In this document: positions 1 to 12,198 of the stretch, piece after piece | Layout: every line of letters begins with the position of its first letter | Numbering within the stretch: the stretch's first letter is position 1 | Assembly: GCA_030141605.1 (NCBI GenBank) | Contig: JAQGDQ010000633.1 | Coordinates: 58,285-122,284, forward strand | Source: Tubiluchus corallicola | Taxonomy: Eukaryota; Animalia; Priapulida | Direction of reading: 5' to 3' | Length of the DNA: 64,000 nt | Made by a program: the position numbers and the translations under genes | Notes under the pieces: generated by a model | What the model saw: only the letters and a program-made list of their open reading frames with translations | Database searches by the model: none | Told to the model about the DNA's origin: nothing

Positions 1-3000
1 CACGTTTACTTTAGTTCGTAATTGCGTGATTTGTCAGGTCACGTAATGTCTAAAGAATTTAATTCTTCCATAGACTCAAGGACAATAACGAAACTGGGAA
101 GTTACTCTGAGGCGTGAAACTCAGCATTATGCGAGCGGAAGTGATATTGATTAGGACACCATTTCAGATTCAGAATTTGCCCGGTTTAACTGTAGTCGAC
201 TCACTATTGTTACAACAGTCGCCTCGGACTGTTGCAGAAGTAAAGGGAGCGCATCTATATCAATCAGAAATGGAAATGTACCTCTCAATTTGACTTCGCA
301 GGATTAACTTTAACTGTGCACTAGTTTAATTGCATAATTCAAAACATGAACACTTTGCCACAAAATTAAGTTACTAAAACTTCAGAAAACAGAAACATGA
401 AACATCTGTTGAAACATTGCCAAGTGATAACTAACAAACTTGAGTGCGCACTTAGTTTCTTACATTGCTTCACTTTGAGTAGCTTGCCACCAGAGTAACA
501 AATATAAAACAGATCACTACGACTACGACATAGTCGTAGCAGGAAGCAGGAAGGGAAAATTACAAAGTGAAATAGAAGTAAACATTGACCGACAGTTACT
601 GTTAGCACACTATAATGAAAAGAGGGAAATTGGAAGACAAGTAAAAAGAAAATTTAACTGACTGTAAAATAATTATGATACATATCAGCAGTGTTGTATA
701 ATTATTTAGATAAACTCTAACATAAGTTTTCTAACACTACAGTAATATTATAGTTGGAACACTAACTATGCTATGAATTACAATATTGGGGAATATACGG
801 GGCTGTTTAAAAGTTAGTTTGTTTAGTTTATTTGTTTTGGTCAATGATTTGCTTTTCTAACTCTTTCTTAAACCATGCTAGAGTTAGATATGAGTTCATG
901 GTGCCCTGTTCCAAGCAATTAAGTGGCCCCTGGAATTTGACAAATAATCTGTCTGCATCTGTCCTGCAGAAAGGTAGATTATATTCATTATTATTTTCTT
1001 GTGTGGTATCTTCTGTCAGTTAGTGTGACGGGTTTTTGTAAGACTTGAAAAAGCTTTTTACTGATTTCATACATGTATATAGATAAGTTGAAGTTAATAA
1101 GTCCATTGAGTTGAATAATTTTGCTGTTTACAAAGCATGTCGTTGGCACATTTTCCCAAGTGTTTATGGCATAATTGTACTCTTATGTATCTTCTTTGTA
1201 GTGATCTGTATTTGTTTAGCTTTGTTTTATAAGTTTTATAAACAACAAATTATTATTACAACATGGAACAATAAGAACAACAACGATTCACTATTTTATT
1301 TACCATCAATAATGGGGTATAGAAATACCCATATTGGTCCCAATCTCAACTCACTATTTAGATGTGAAAGCTCCAGATTATTTACATCATTCTAATTTTT
1401 AACAATGTAAGAGACTATATAGATGTGATTTATCTTACTCAAGAAAGAAATACTTGATTGTATCCATAACTTATCCAGCTTATATTTATATTTAAATAAA
1501 CTGTACGGATATGAGTTATTGCAGAATAGATTGTGTTTTATAGACCTGTCTAAGGGCACGTGCTTACATTATGCACACAATAATACATGTCCCTATATAA
1601 ACTATATATCTTTATAGTTTTTTAGTAGCCTTATAATTATGTGGTACCATGTCAAATATCTTACAAAACTCTAGATATATTATATCTATGCACCAAAAAG
1701 CACCACCACCACCAACCACCACCAACAACAACAACAACAACAGGTTAACAACATTCAGAACATAAATAAGCTTTGGGTGCTTTTTATGTTCAGTTTTAAG
1801 GTTACTGTGAATTCCTTAATTGCCAGTATTTTCTCTAAGTTTTTAACTTTTTAAAATAAGCAGGTCGAAATTGAATGGCATGGAAATTCACACTGACCCT
1901 TAATCCAGACGAATAGAGGCAGACAGTAGAGGCCAAGATTATTTTGGGATATAATTACATCTATGATGAATCTAAGAATATAATGTATTATTGAACTGCA
2001 TTCAAAATACAATTTTGCGAGACGTCTGCAAGATGGGTTGGGGTACCTTGAATTCGAGTTTTCGAGTCTCTGATCTCACACCTCAAGGTTGCTGGCTAGA
2101 GAAGACGCCTTAGAGTCTTCTATAATTAATAATAATTATTACCTATTAACTTAACAATATTCTTATGTAATAAATTATTCTATACTATCAGTTGATGTTT
2201 ATGTACCCCTAGCAAAGATTACGTTGTACCACAAATAAAAAACAAAGTAAAGCAGGCTGAAGCAGTCGGTACCCACTCGCTAAGGCAAAGTTGGCGTGCA
2301 AGTGGCGCCACTTTTCCCATGAAGTTCATTGATAAAGTATTTTTCGTATCATGAGACCGCTAGTATACTGCCACGGGTTTTGTTATTTTGCATTTTGCCT
2401 TGTTTTTTAAGTGAACTTTTAAAGTTTTAATTTTAAACAAAAGACGAGGAAGATGCGTGCTATTTCTGTTTTAGCACAGCCGTTATGAGGTATTATATAA
2501 CAATATATCTTAGTTGTAGTCAAAAGTATGTCATATTATATTTCTTCTGGCTGTCAGTTAACCATAAATGCTAAGGTGTGTTTTATTAGCAAATGATTAC
2601 CATTTTTACAGGAAATCGTATGTCTCTACCTTATGATTTTCAGAAACTTATCGCTTTTTAAATTTACTTTACATAGTTCCCAAGTTTCTGCATATTAAAG
2701 GTTTATATTTAGACCTTGCTGGCAAGCAAAATTCAATGAATCTTTGCCCTTAAACCTAAACTGTTTAGTGATAATTTTGTGAAATTTTGTGATATAAAAC
2801 AAAATATGCAAATTTGCATCTTACTGTTTATTCACTAATGCAGTAATAGGCGTATTTTTTCAACGCCGACAGGTCATATATATTTCTTAGTGGAAGGGTA
2901 TGGAAAATAAAATTTTTTTGTGTAAGATGCCATTTTGAATTTTGTTTTATTATGCAACATAAACTGTAAAGGTAAATAAAAACAAACTTTGTTTTTATTA

Positions 3001-3796
3001 TAGCCCCCTTACAATGGAACAATATTCCTCCAAACATAAAAAGCAGCAAATCTATAAATATTTTTAAAACAGCTTTGAAATGCCATATGTTTTGTCTTAT
3101 GTCTAATAGTCAATAATCCACTTTGTTGGTGATTCGTACCGGTCATTTAGCATCCATCTGCCGGTTTCTTGTCAAAAATCAGTTGCAGCTAATGTGAACA
3201 TGGTCATTGTTTTCTCATTTCATGTTTTCTTTCTACTAACTGCAACATAGCTCTTCTTTATTTTCTTCTTTTCTCATCATCTACCTTCTACATTCCTTAT
3301 TTCACCTTTCATGGTGGCTTAACAAGGTCCCCTTTTTAGCTTGCAAACTTCAGCCCCTTAATATAGTATTTCTAGGGTGTCAGAATGTATTTTATTTTTT
3401 TTTGCTGTTTTCAATTATACAAGATGTTCTACATGTACATTTCTATTATTGTAGTTTGCTGGTAAAATAAACTGAATTTGAATTTGAGAAAACTTTGTGC
3501 TACGTAAGTCAATTTTCTCCTAATTGTTGGTGGAAGTTTAAAATTGTGTGAATTCACCAGAGTTGTGCATGAGAGCAGCCATCATATCAACAGAATGAAA
3601 GGCTTTTTCATTTGTCATGCAGTTACAGCTGCTAATGCAGCATTAATTGTTTAAGCTGTTACTACGTGAAGCTATCTTATGCATGATATCTGAAGTAAAA
3701 GTAATCTTGCATAAGTTTTTTTATGGTACTTTTGGGAATTTTTTCGTTACAGAAAGGCTTTAATGTAAAAACAAGAGTGTGTAATACCCACTAAAG

Positions 3797-4199
3797 CAGG
3801 GGTGTGCAAACTGCGGCCCGCCGAGAGATCTTATTTCAGCCCACGAAGAGGTTTGACAACGTAATGAAAGTGCGGCCCACGCGATCCAGCTGAAGTCTGC
3901 GCCAATATCGCAAAGTTTTTTCCTCTAAATCGGATGGCATTAACCCTTACAAGACCATTGTCACTTAATGTCACTGTCGGACATGACGAAATATATGGTT
4001 TTTAATATAAATTTTAATAACTTCTAAAATAGTTTCTTGAGTGTAGTAGTGCAGTATTAATGATGTGCGCAAATCAGAGGCAAAAAAATCGTTAATAGGT
4101 CCTACTGTACTTGGCTCCTTGACCAAACTGCATCTGGCCCACAGGAACTGCAGGAATGTTTAATGTGGCCCAGCTAGTCAGATAATTTGCACACCCCTG
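3797..4199. mobile_element. hAT (Charlie-like) MITE
   Basis: TIRs CAGGGGTGTGCAAA / TTTGCACACCCCTG; perfect 8-bp TSD CACTAAAG at 3789-3796 and 4200-4207; no ORF. Confidence 0.9.
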
Positions 4200-4383
4200 C
4201 ACTAAAGGGTGTAGAAGTGTTTTATAGCGAGTAGTGACAACAGCAGCATATATAAGTTTGATTTAGTACGTAGCGCATAGGGGATATTTGTAAATACAGG
4301 GCCAGTGCTGGAAGTGCAGGGCGTGATGTTTTACGCTTCATGCTATACGTCAGTCCCTCCCAAAAAAGTGTTGACAGCTTAAA

Positions 4384-4563
4384 GCTCTACCATTACTCAC
4401 AATGCTCTACCATTACCCACAATGCTCTACCATTATCCACAATGCTCTACTATTACCCACAATGCTCTACCATTACCCACAATGCTCTACCATTAGCCAC
4501 AATGCTCTGCCATTATCCACAATGCTCTACCATTACCCACAATGCTCTACCATTATCCACAAT
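4384..4563. repeat. 20-bp minisatellite, ~9 copies
   Basis: unit AATGCTCTACCATTACCCAC. Confidence 0.95.
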
Positions 4564-5463
4564 CGTATACTAAAGATTGAAAACCTATGTAAAAATGTTT
4601 TAATACTGTTTATACTGTGATAAGCCTTCTAAAAACAGACTTTTTCCTTTTTTTATGTCAAAAATATTTCAGAATCATGTCAAAGTCAATGGTTTTTGTG
4701 ATGTCATCTTTTATAGATAGTGTCGCTGCATTATTTAGCTGCTTTTGTGAAATTGTTGACGGTTGGAATTTTTTTTGACTGTGTTGAAGGTTTGAATTTA
4801 TCCTTCAAATCAGCAAAATTAAAATCCAGTGACAATCAAACTAATGCATATGAGGTTGTGAATTACAAAGCACATAAACAGACAATCAGCAAAAAACACA
4901 TTGGAACATCTTGATATACGAAGACAGACTGAATAGTTTCACCACATTTACAGTATCAAGAAACTTAGCGCACACTGGACACTCATTAATTCATCATAGC
5001 ATCCTCTGCTCGAACGTGTACGTGGGGCCTTCTCTTGGGCAGGCCCAATTTGAACAAATCTGTCTAATTTGCTTAAAACTGGCCCTGTGTGAATTCTGGC
5101 TTCATTAAGAGCCAGTTCATTAGGTGTACACACCTTTTGACTCTTAGCAAAACTTTTGTCACGTTATTATATAATACTTCTAAACCTTTAAAATTGGATG
5201 TGAGCCATGTCTATGTTTCAAGCAAGCAAGCGCTACCTTTTTCTTTAAGTTAAATACCTCTTTTAGTAATTCCTGTAGACAAAAGACAAGGATTTCAAGA
5301 AATGCTTAGTTTTATCCTGCACATGAGCCGATGTATCGGGTGTCATTTTTCCATCATCCGTAATCGGACGTCCTAAATACCAGTACAGCTCGACAATAAC
5401 ATCATTCAGATGAACACACAAAAATTAAAAAAGAGAGGTATTGGTAAGGTCGTTTAAATATTA

Positions 5464-5618
5464 ATCATCATCATCATCATACGCCCATCATGTCTATTGT
5501 AGACATTGGGCAGGCAGAATTCTAAAATAAAAGAAATCTGCCTTCAGACAGGTAAATGCAGCAGTAATCCAGCAAAAAAACTAGACACTGCTATGCCAGT
5601 GGCTTGTCAGCACCACTT
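5464..5618 (-). repeat. ~150-bp dispersed repeat, inverted copy of 7563-7709
   Basis: near-identical reverse complement of 7563-7709; (CAT)n/(ATG)n tail; internal hairpin AGGCAGA...TCTGCCT. Confidence 0.8.
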
Positions 5619-6272
5619 CAGTTAAGTTTCATAAATCTCCTTGTTCTTTCTTCCTGCAATAGCGCCAATCTTCAGTCGATTTACAAACGAATGCCAAGTG
5701 CCATATTTTGTAGTAATAGATCTATGTGTGATATGTTTATCTGTTACAGCTCACATCTTTACATTATTTTGTGACTAAAAAGAGAAGGATTTTGACACAA
5801 ACTTTATCACAATTTAGCAAAACATTGTGTATGTCGTATAGAAAACAAGAATTTTAATTTTTTATCTTTGAAGTATCAGTTGAGAGAAATGTCAGATGAT
5901 GTGGCGTCTTTTTAAATTAATTTCTTTGTCTTCTTGTATGTAAATAATATCCGTGCTTGTTTTGTTGTTGTTGTTGTTGTTGTTTACTTTTACTACTAAT
6001 CTACTAATTTCTTTTAATTGAACCACATATTGTGCGTTCGAAAATAAACGATGTTAATAATCATAAATTACACGTATCTATGAATTAATCGGAAACGGCC
6101 TGCAAAAAAATAATGTGTTACAATACGCTGAGTGACTCCTGCACAATAATTAACCACAGCACGTTCAGTATCGTTTTTGTGGTTTGAAATAATTTATCGT
6201 ATCATATGGTCTGAAAAACAGATTATTGTTATCGTATCGCCAAAAGTGTATCATTTAACATCCCTATTCAAT

Positions 6273-6818
6273 TATTGTTGGCATTCTTCTGTCTCGGAAG
6301 ACAATGGAGTGTGCGCCAAGAGAGTCAGTTATTGATCACATTGATGGAGCTGCAGCGTCGACTGTGGCTGAGCAGTGCGATCCTTGAACGTCTCCAGGGC
6401 GCACGCCTGGGCAAGGTGTATGGAGATCCTGAGTTGCCCAGACAGCAGGAACCCCTCTCTTCCTCCCTGGTGTAGTCTAAAGGAAAGCGGAGTGTTACGT
6501 TTGGCACCAGGTTGGCTGCAGGAGCTGCCGGAGTCAGTGAGCATGCTGCACTGGTCCGCCTTCGGGGCTCCACTCCTGATTTGGAAGGTTTACTCCTCCA
6601 CACATGGCCGTTAGGTCGCTTGACCTCCTCCGCCCTCTAGCCGTTGGCTACTTGTGCAGCTTCTCCACCTAGTGTCGAGATACAGTGTGGGCATCCCGCA
6701 AGCCTACAGCACCTGGTATTCCTAGGCAGTCACCCATCCAAGTACTAACCAGGTTCTGCGTTGCTTAACTTCGGTGATCAGACGAGAACCGGTGTTTTCA
6801 ACGTGATATGGCCGTAAG
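6273..6818 (-). mobile_element. 5S rRNA-headed SINE (SINE3 type) with RTE-like body and tail
   Basis: 5S head at 6818-6700; ~430-bp GC-rich body; RTE-like 3' end CCATTGTCTTCCGAGACAGAAGAATGCCAACAAT; 12-bp TSD TCCCTATTCAAT at 6261-6272 and 6819-6830. Confidence 0.85.
6700..6818 (-). rRNA. full-length 5S rRNA-derived sequence (SINE head, not a canonical 5S gene)
   Basis: minus strand reads CTTACGGCCATATCACGTTGAAAACACCGGTTCTCGTCTGATCACCGAAGTTAAGC...GTACTTGGATGGGTGAC...GTGCTGTAGGCTT; no oligo-T terminator follows. Confidence 0.85.
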
Positions 6819-7170
6819 TCCCTATTCAATAATGTGCATATTATGCACCAAAATAATGCACTGTTAAATGTGGATGTCTCAGTGCTATTTTATATTAGTA
6901 TTGACTTGTATCCTACTGTAGCTTATACTTCAGCAACAACAGATCATATTAATTCGGGAAATCTTGAAAAAACTGTGCAAATTACCCGACAGGTTTAGCC
7001 TGGCTTCATTTACAGTGGTTCTAAAAGTGAAGAAACTAAGTGTGCCCGTTGCTGTTACAGTCACTACACTTGGTTTGCAGCATTACACAAAAATAATGCT
7101 TTTCTAATTAAGTAAATTTGAGAGATTTGTAAAGTCAATTGTATTGACTTGGAGCTGTTCAGTTGTACAT

Positions 7171-7534
7171 TAGGGGTGACCCCATTAGGGGTTCTCCCAG
7201 AGGGGTAATCGAATCGAATTTGTGACTTTCGAATTCGAATAGAACCGAATTTCAGCATTTCAAATCTGAATCAATTTCGAATAATTAAGTTTGAAACATT
7301 TTCGAACTACTAGTAAAAAATGGTGTTATTAAGATCGTGCATATTGCTTGATTTTGTTCTGCAGTAAGACCATTATTAGTTTATTAAAACTTTTGTACGG
7401 AAACTGCAGATAAATTGCTGCGCTAATTGCATGATGTTTCAAACATTTTAATGATAAAGAACGTTTGCGGCTGAAGTATTCAAATCTATAATTTTAGGTT
7501 CAAATAGAATTTGAACATTCGATGCTCACCCTAA
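7171..7534. mobile_element. hAT-like MITE with TTCGAAT subterminal repeats
   Basis: ends TAGGGGTGA / TCACCCTA; TTGTACAT on both flanks (one extra base at the right end). Confidence 0.6.
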
Positions 7535-7562
7535 TTGTACATGCGCTGTCAGGAAAAGTGGA

Positions 7563-7709
7563 AAGTGGCTGACAAGTCAGTGCTGTAACAGTGTCTAGTT
7601 TTTTGCTGGTTTACTGCTGCGTTTACCTATCTGAAGGCAGATTTCTTTTATTTTAGAATTCTGCCTGCCCAATGTCTACAATAGACGTGACAGGTGTATG
7701 ATGATGATC
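7563..7709 (+). repeat. ~150-bp dispersed repeat, inverted copy of 5464-5618
   Basis: reverse complement of 5464-5618, ending in (ATG)n. Confidence 0.8.
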
Positions 7710-8708
7710 ACTTATTTGACAATGTTAATTATTGTTGTAATTTGCACTTGGAGTAGACTTCACTGTTGTAAACTCAAGTTGTCTAACCAGTTTATTTTTA
7801 AATTTGCTGTAAAGTGTCCTGCTAATAATACATGTTTGTGTGTCCTTGGCGATTATAGTTGCGCAACACTGAACCTAGTCGGTAAATGCATTTACGTTAC
7901 TAGTGATTACTGACTACCAGAACGTTTTCGGGATGTTTTTGTTACTGCTGCTGGTTTAGTGTTTCATTTTAGGGAATTATCCTTGATTATGAACTGTGTT
8001 GTCGTTCAGGTATCGTAGCCCGGTCACCGAGTGTAGAGTCTGGCTTCTACATATATGTTTATATGGCTTCTACATATATGTTTTCGTAAACACAGTTTAT
8101 GAGAACTCGGAATTTTCCTCAAGTTCTGTGCTTTTTCGCTAATTTTTTTCCCAAAAGAACTGTTTAGGGATAAATTTGTGTTTAGACATCGGCAATGCCA
8201 TTAAATGTAGTTAACTTGTTTCATTAATTCAGAAAATACAGTGCCATACAAAATGGTCATAATCTTACTTAAAAAACTTTCGTGCTTGTGGCTTCACATA
8301 AAGTCCTTATAGTTGCTAGTTTTCTCAGAGCACAAGAGCAAACTCTTCGTAAATAAAGCTTGAAAACTTCGTCTTATATTTTTATATGAGTTACATGCAA
8401 TCTTATTAGTATTAGTAGCATTAGTAGCAACGCTGTATAAAACTTGTAAATTTACACTCCAGTTTAGGCGCAGCCATTTTGAGGGTGAGTCGTTTGGAAT
8501 ACGCTTAGATAAGATTGCGTAAAGTTTGAAAAAATAATCAGAGCATTCATTGCGCACTCTTTGCTGACTAAGTGAAGTTTAAATTACTTTATAGTGTCAA
8601 TAAAATGTGTTTTTGGTGAGGGGAGTGTTGCACACTGGGTTTGGCGATGCTGTGCTGTTTTATTAGTGCGAATATTTAAATTATAAATTTAAATATAAAT
8701 TATAAAGA

Positions 8709-8948
8709 CAGCAGAGGCGAAAAGAATTGAGGAGGCAGAGGAGAAGCGCTGGAGGCGCAAGGCTTGTGACACTGCCCAACAACAGGTCCAAACACCCAGC
8801 CTCACCTGTGCCAAATGACAAAGAAGTTTCCAGGCCAGAATTGGCCTAGTCAGTCACCTTCGAGCTCATCAAAGGAATGACAACCCCCCAAACTGACCTT
8901 TTATCCCTGTTACTATGGTCATCTTCGATTCGAAGGACGAACATCATT
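8709..8948 (+). mobile_element. 5'-truncated RTE LINE 3' end
   Basis: translates AEAKRIEEAEEKRWRRK...TCAK*QRSFQARIGLVSHLRAH, the RTE C-terminal C2H2-like motif with a stop; RTE tail CATCTTCGATTCGAAGGACGAACATC; 13-bp TSD TAAATTATAAAGA at 8696-8708 and 8949-8961. Confidence 0.85.
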
Positions 8949-9234
8949 TAAATTATAAAGAATTTTCTTTTCTGATTTTCTAAGTCTTTCAAACATGTAA
9001 GCATGATGGGAAGTAACGTAATTTTGTGTGACATTTTTGGGACATATTTTAAGATTGCCTTTTCTTACCCTTTAAGCATTTTTTTACTAGCCATACGAAA
9101 CATTTGCATTAAAACCACATAGTATATGCTTATATTATGAATCATATTATTATGATTATGAATATTATGAATTATGATTATGAATATTATGAATATTATG
9201 ATTATGAATATTATGAATTATATTATATACTTAG

Positions 9235-9716
9235 TAGTGGTGCTCTGGTTATTCGATTTGTATCCGAAAATGGTGATATTCGCGAGATTTTGCAGGTATT
9301 CCTATTCGATATTATCTGGTAGTTATAAAAATTTGATATTCACAAATATTCGCTATCCGGTTTTTGTAATGTGCAATTGAAAACGGTTTTCGAATAATTT
9401 AACAGCCGAAAATAACTAAATAAAATATTACCAAAAAACCTAGAGATCGTTTTGGCCTATGTTTGTGTTTTCAAGTCGAAAATTTTACACATATTTTTCT
9501 TCGTTTGTATGTGGCAATATGGTCTATCTTCGAGCTAGACCATTCACTTTATTTTTACCATTTATTTTATAAATTTTTTATTATCCAAACTGATCCGCAT
9601 ATTCGATCCGAACTTAGCTAACCTATCCGGTTATAATCCGAAAGTCAATTTGAGGAAATATTCGATGATATCCGGTATTCGCTATTCGGCAAAAAAGTGT
9701 TTCCGGAACAACACTA
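9235..9716. mobile_element. hAT-like MITE
   Basis: TIRs TAGTGGTGCTCTGG / CCGGAACAACACTA; 8-bp TSD ATACTTAG / ATATTTAG (1 mismatch); TATTCG and ATCCG subterminal repeats. Confidence 0.75.
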
Positions 9717-9868
9717 ATATTTAGTAGTGAGATTTTAAAAAATGAAGGAATGAGATTTAATCAGATTTAAACTGTGTGCTGTAGGAAGTGGGGATAACTC
9801 CATATTTTCTCTTTGAAAATGTTTCTCCGGCATTCTAGCAGTTCAGAAAATTTCTGGGCACCAACCAA

Positions 9869-9972
9869 TATTTCAGTTTAACCTAGGCCCGGGGAAGTGG
9901 GAAGTGTGAGGCCCCCTCGGGGGAGGGGTCCTCACACTTCCCACTTGCCCGGGCCTAGGTTAGACTGAAATA
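9869..9972. repeat. GC-rich foldback, 50-bp arms, 4-nt loop
   Basis: TATTTCAGTTTAACCTAGGCCCGGGGAAGTGGGAAGTGTGAGGCCCCCTC-GGGG-reverse complement with 3 differences. Confidence 0.9.
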
Positions 9973-10194
9973 GGCCCTGCTGAATTGTATCTAATTCTTT
10001 AAGATGCTAGTTTGCAGCTGAGTTGTAACTCAAAGTTCTTCGGTTCAATTCCGAACTCAGTTCTGATTTGCTCGTAATTTCTCCTTTTGGCTGCATTTTG
10101 TCTTGATATTTAATTAAATGTGAGTTTTTCTCATTGTCAGTTAACAATTTTGATATTAGGAAGATAGGACCACTATCATAACTGTTTGTTTCTG

Positions 10195-10543
10195 TTGTGG
10201 AGATCACTGGCATCTATTAGAATTAAATAGAACATTGTAGAATGTTCCGTTAGAATAATCGTCTTACCTTGTAGAATGTTCTAGAAAGACTCGTCTAGAA
10301 TGTTCCCTGGCACCCTATATAAGGGGAAGCAGGCCGCTGAGACACACAGATTCACACGGCCGCCACTTACACATTCTCTTGTATACTTGTATTTTCAGAT
10401 ACACTCAAATGTTTTACAGATGTTCACGTTTACTGTAAACATTTCGCGTTCCTTCATACTTTTGTGTTGTAGAATTCTCGCTTAATAAACTAGTTTAATT
10501 TGACGAAGGGCCTGAAGGGCAAAACCTTCTATTCTTGCTACCA
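10195..10543 (+). mobile_element. LTR-like segment with heat-shock elements, TATA box and polyA signal
   Basis: aGAAtgTTCtaGAAa at 10273-10287, TATATAA at 10316, AATAAA at 10484, ends in CA; no TSD found. Confidence 0.4.
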
Positions 10544-10766
10544 TATTAAAGGGAAAGATTGAATGCTCTGGCAAGTTTGGAACATCTAATGTTCCAAAAA
10601 AATGTTATAAAGTTTCAGCTGTAGGGATGCAGCATGTAGCCTGTGTAATTAGTAAAATCAGTTTTATAATCAGGATTACTTCATGCTTGGGGCATAATGA
10701 CCTCATTGTCTGTTGTGTAACATATTTTTACATATAATCGTATATATTAATTTTACTGGTATGGGC

Positions 10767-10769
<3 letters not shown>

Positions 10770-10800
<31 letters not shown>

Positions 10801-11238
10801 ATTCGAGGCTGCAGCTTCGACGACGGCACCATTTGTGGCGATCTATACATCAAACGAAAGGTCTCAATCTAGTGTCGTTTCTCGTTCTTGTGCAAAACTC
10901 TTCTCAACCTAGTGTCGTGCCATTGGGGGTTTATTTTTCGAATATGTAGAAAGAGGAAGAACGGGGCTACACGATGATGTGGGCTTTATGTTAGGACAGG
11001 TCCACCAAAAGGAGTGACGACGAGTTAATTAGATGTTCTATTTTCGGCAATTTTCGCTTAGAAAACTGCTGACGCAAAGCCATTGTTCTGACGTCATCCA
11101 TTATACTCTGTCTATAACTTCAATTCAATAAAAGCTGCTGCTGGCTTTGCGTTATAAGTGAGGACTGTGTAGGATTTTCGCGTATTATTAATGATAAGTG
11201 TATTTATACGCAAATTTTTTTTGCGGGGCCTTTGCTAG
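10770..11238 (+). mobile_element. putative non-autonomous Helitron
   Basis: (TA)n 5' end; 3' hairpin CGCAAA...TTTGCG then CTAG|T; first ~190 bp recur inverted at 50230-50385. Confidence 0.5.
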
Positions 11239-11315
11239 TTAGATAACTAATTTGTGATATTTCTCAGAAAACATCGTGTAAGCTGCAGCAGTCTACATTA
11301 CTTTTAGTGATAATA

Positions 11316-11556
11316 AGCCTTTTCACAGTTTCGTTGTGCGCACGCGCTGTTGCTGTAAGTCAGAGGTTAAGTATACCCCAGTAACGCGTCTTATCTACAA
11401 CCGTCAAGTGACATGTGGGTAAAGCATGGCCGTCTGCTGCACCGTTTCGGTAACTTCAGTTGTTTAAGTGCATTAGTCTGCGCGTAGAGTGATTTACTAG
11501 CAGGATCTTACTCGTGAACAAGAAAAAATGAACTAGGTAAGGTTCTAGTTAGTTGT
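11316..11556 (+). mobile_element. AGCCTTTTCAC-terminal MITE family (PIF/Harbinger-like), partial copy
   Basis: shared core GTGATTTACTAGCAGGATCTT...GAACTAGGTAAGGTTCTAG also at ~27000-27370, 33090-33355, 41117-41485 and 49306-49508; 46800-47051 shares the terminal part. Confidence 0.7.
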
Positions 11557-11920
11557 TGCTAGGGTTATGGATAGGGTTAGTGTATTTAAATTGTGTGTGG
11601 AATTGTAAACTCCTTCCAAAAGCAAAACTACCTAATAGAATGTGGGTAGTGTCTATACATATTTTTAGCATTTTAAATTATGTTGTACATAACATAGAAC
11701 ATTTCATTATTGTCTGTAATTTATCCGCACTAAATCATTTTCCTCACTAGAAAATCTTCTATCAAAAGCTAAAATTAATAGCCATGCAAATTTCTGCTAT
11801 GTTTATTAAGTATTAACCTATAATCTTTAGATACAAAAAACTATTTTTTAGAAAAATATCCACGCAAGTAGGATTTCTATACAATATTTGCAGTTGGCTG
11901 GGTCACGTTCATATGGTTTG

Positions 11921-12198
11921 TATGAATGGCTCATGACTGCCTGAGTTCGATACTCACTCTGGAGGGTTTCATTTGTCATATTGTTCATGGCTATTTACTT
12001 CACAGAGGGAGCATGTATGTGTTTCCTTTATGAATCAAATAGCCAGAATCAGTATGAGAAATTGAACCCTCCAAAGTGAGTATCAAACTGTCTGTATGCA
12101 TATATATGCTCCCTCTGTGAAGTAAATAGCCAGGATCGGTATGACAAATGAAACCCTCCAGAGTGAGTATTGAACTCAGACAGTCACGAGTCATTCAT
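11921..12198. repeat. foldback element with ~100-bp inverted arms
   Basis: 11921-12020 is the reverse complement of ~12098-12198; the spacer holds another partial arm copy. Confidence 0.8.

Noticed and set aside
1-1400. Possible decayed LINE coding sequence
   Set aside because: No recognisable motif in any frame.
6273-6699. HDV-like ribozyme or coding ORFs in the SINE body
   Set aside because: I could not assemble the nested double pseudoknot by eye; the short overlapping ORFs reflect high GC.
6700-6818. Functional 5S rRNA gene
   Set aside because: No oligo-T terminator, not in a tandem array, and enclosed with a retroposon body in a TSD.
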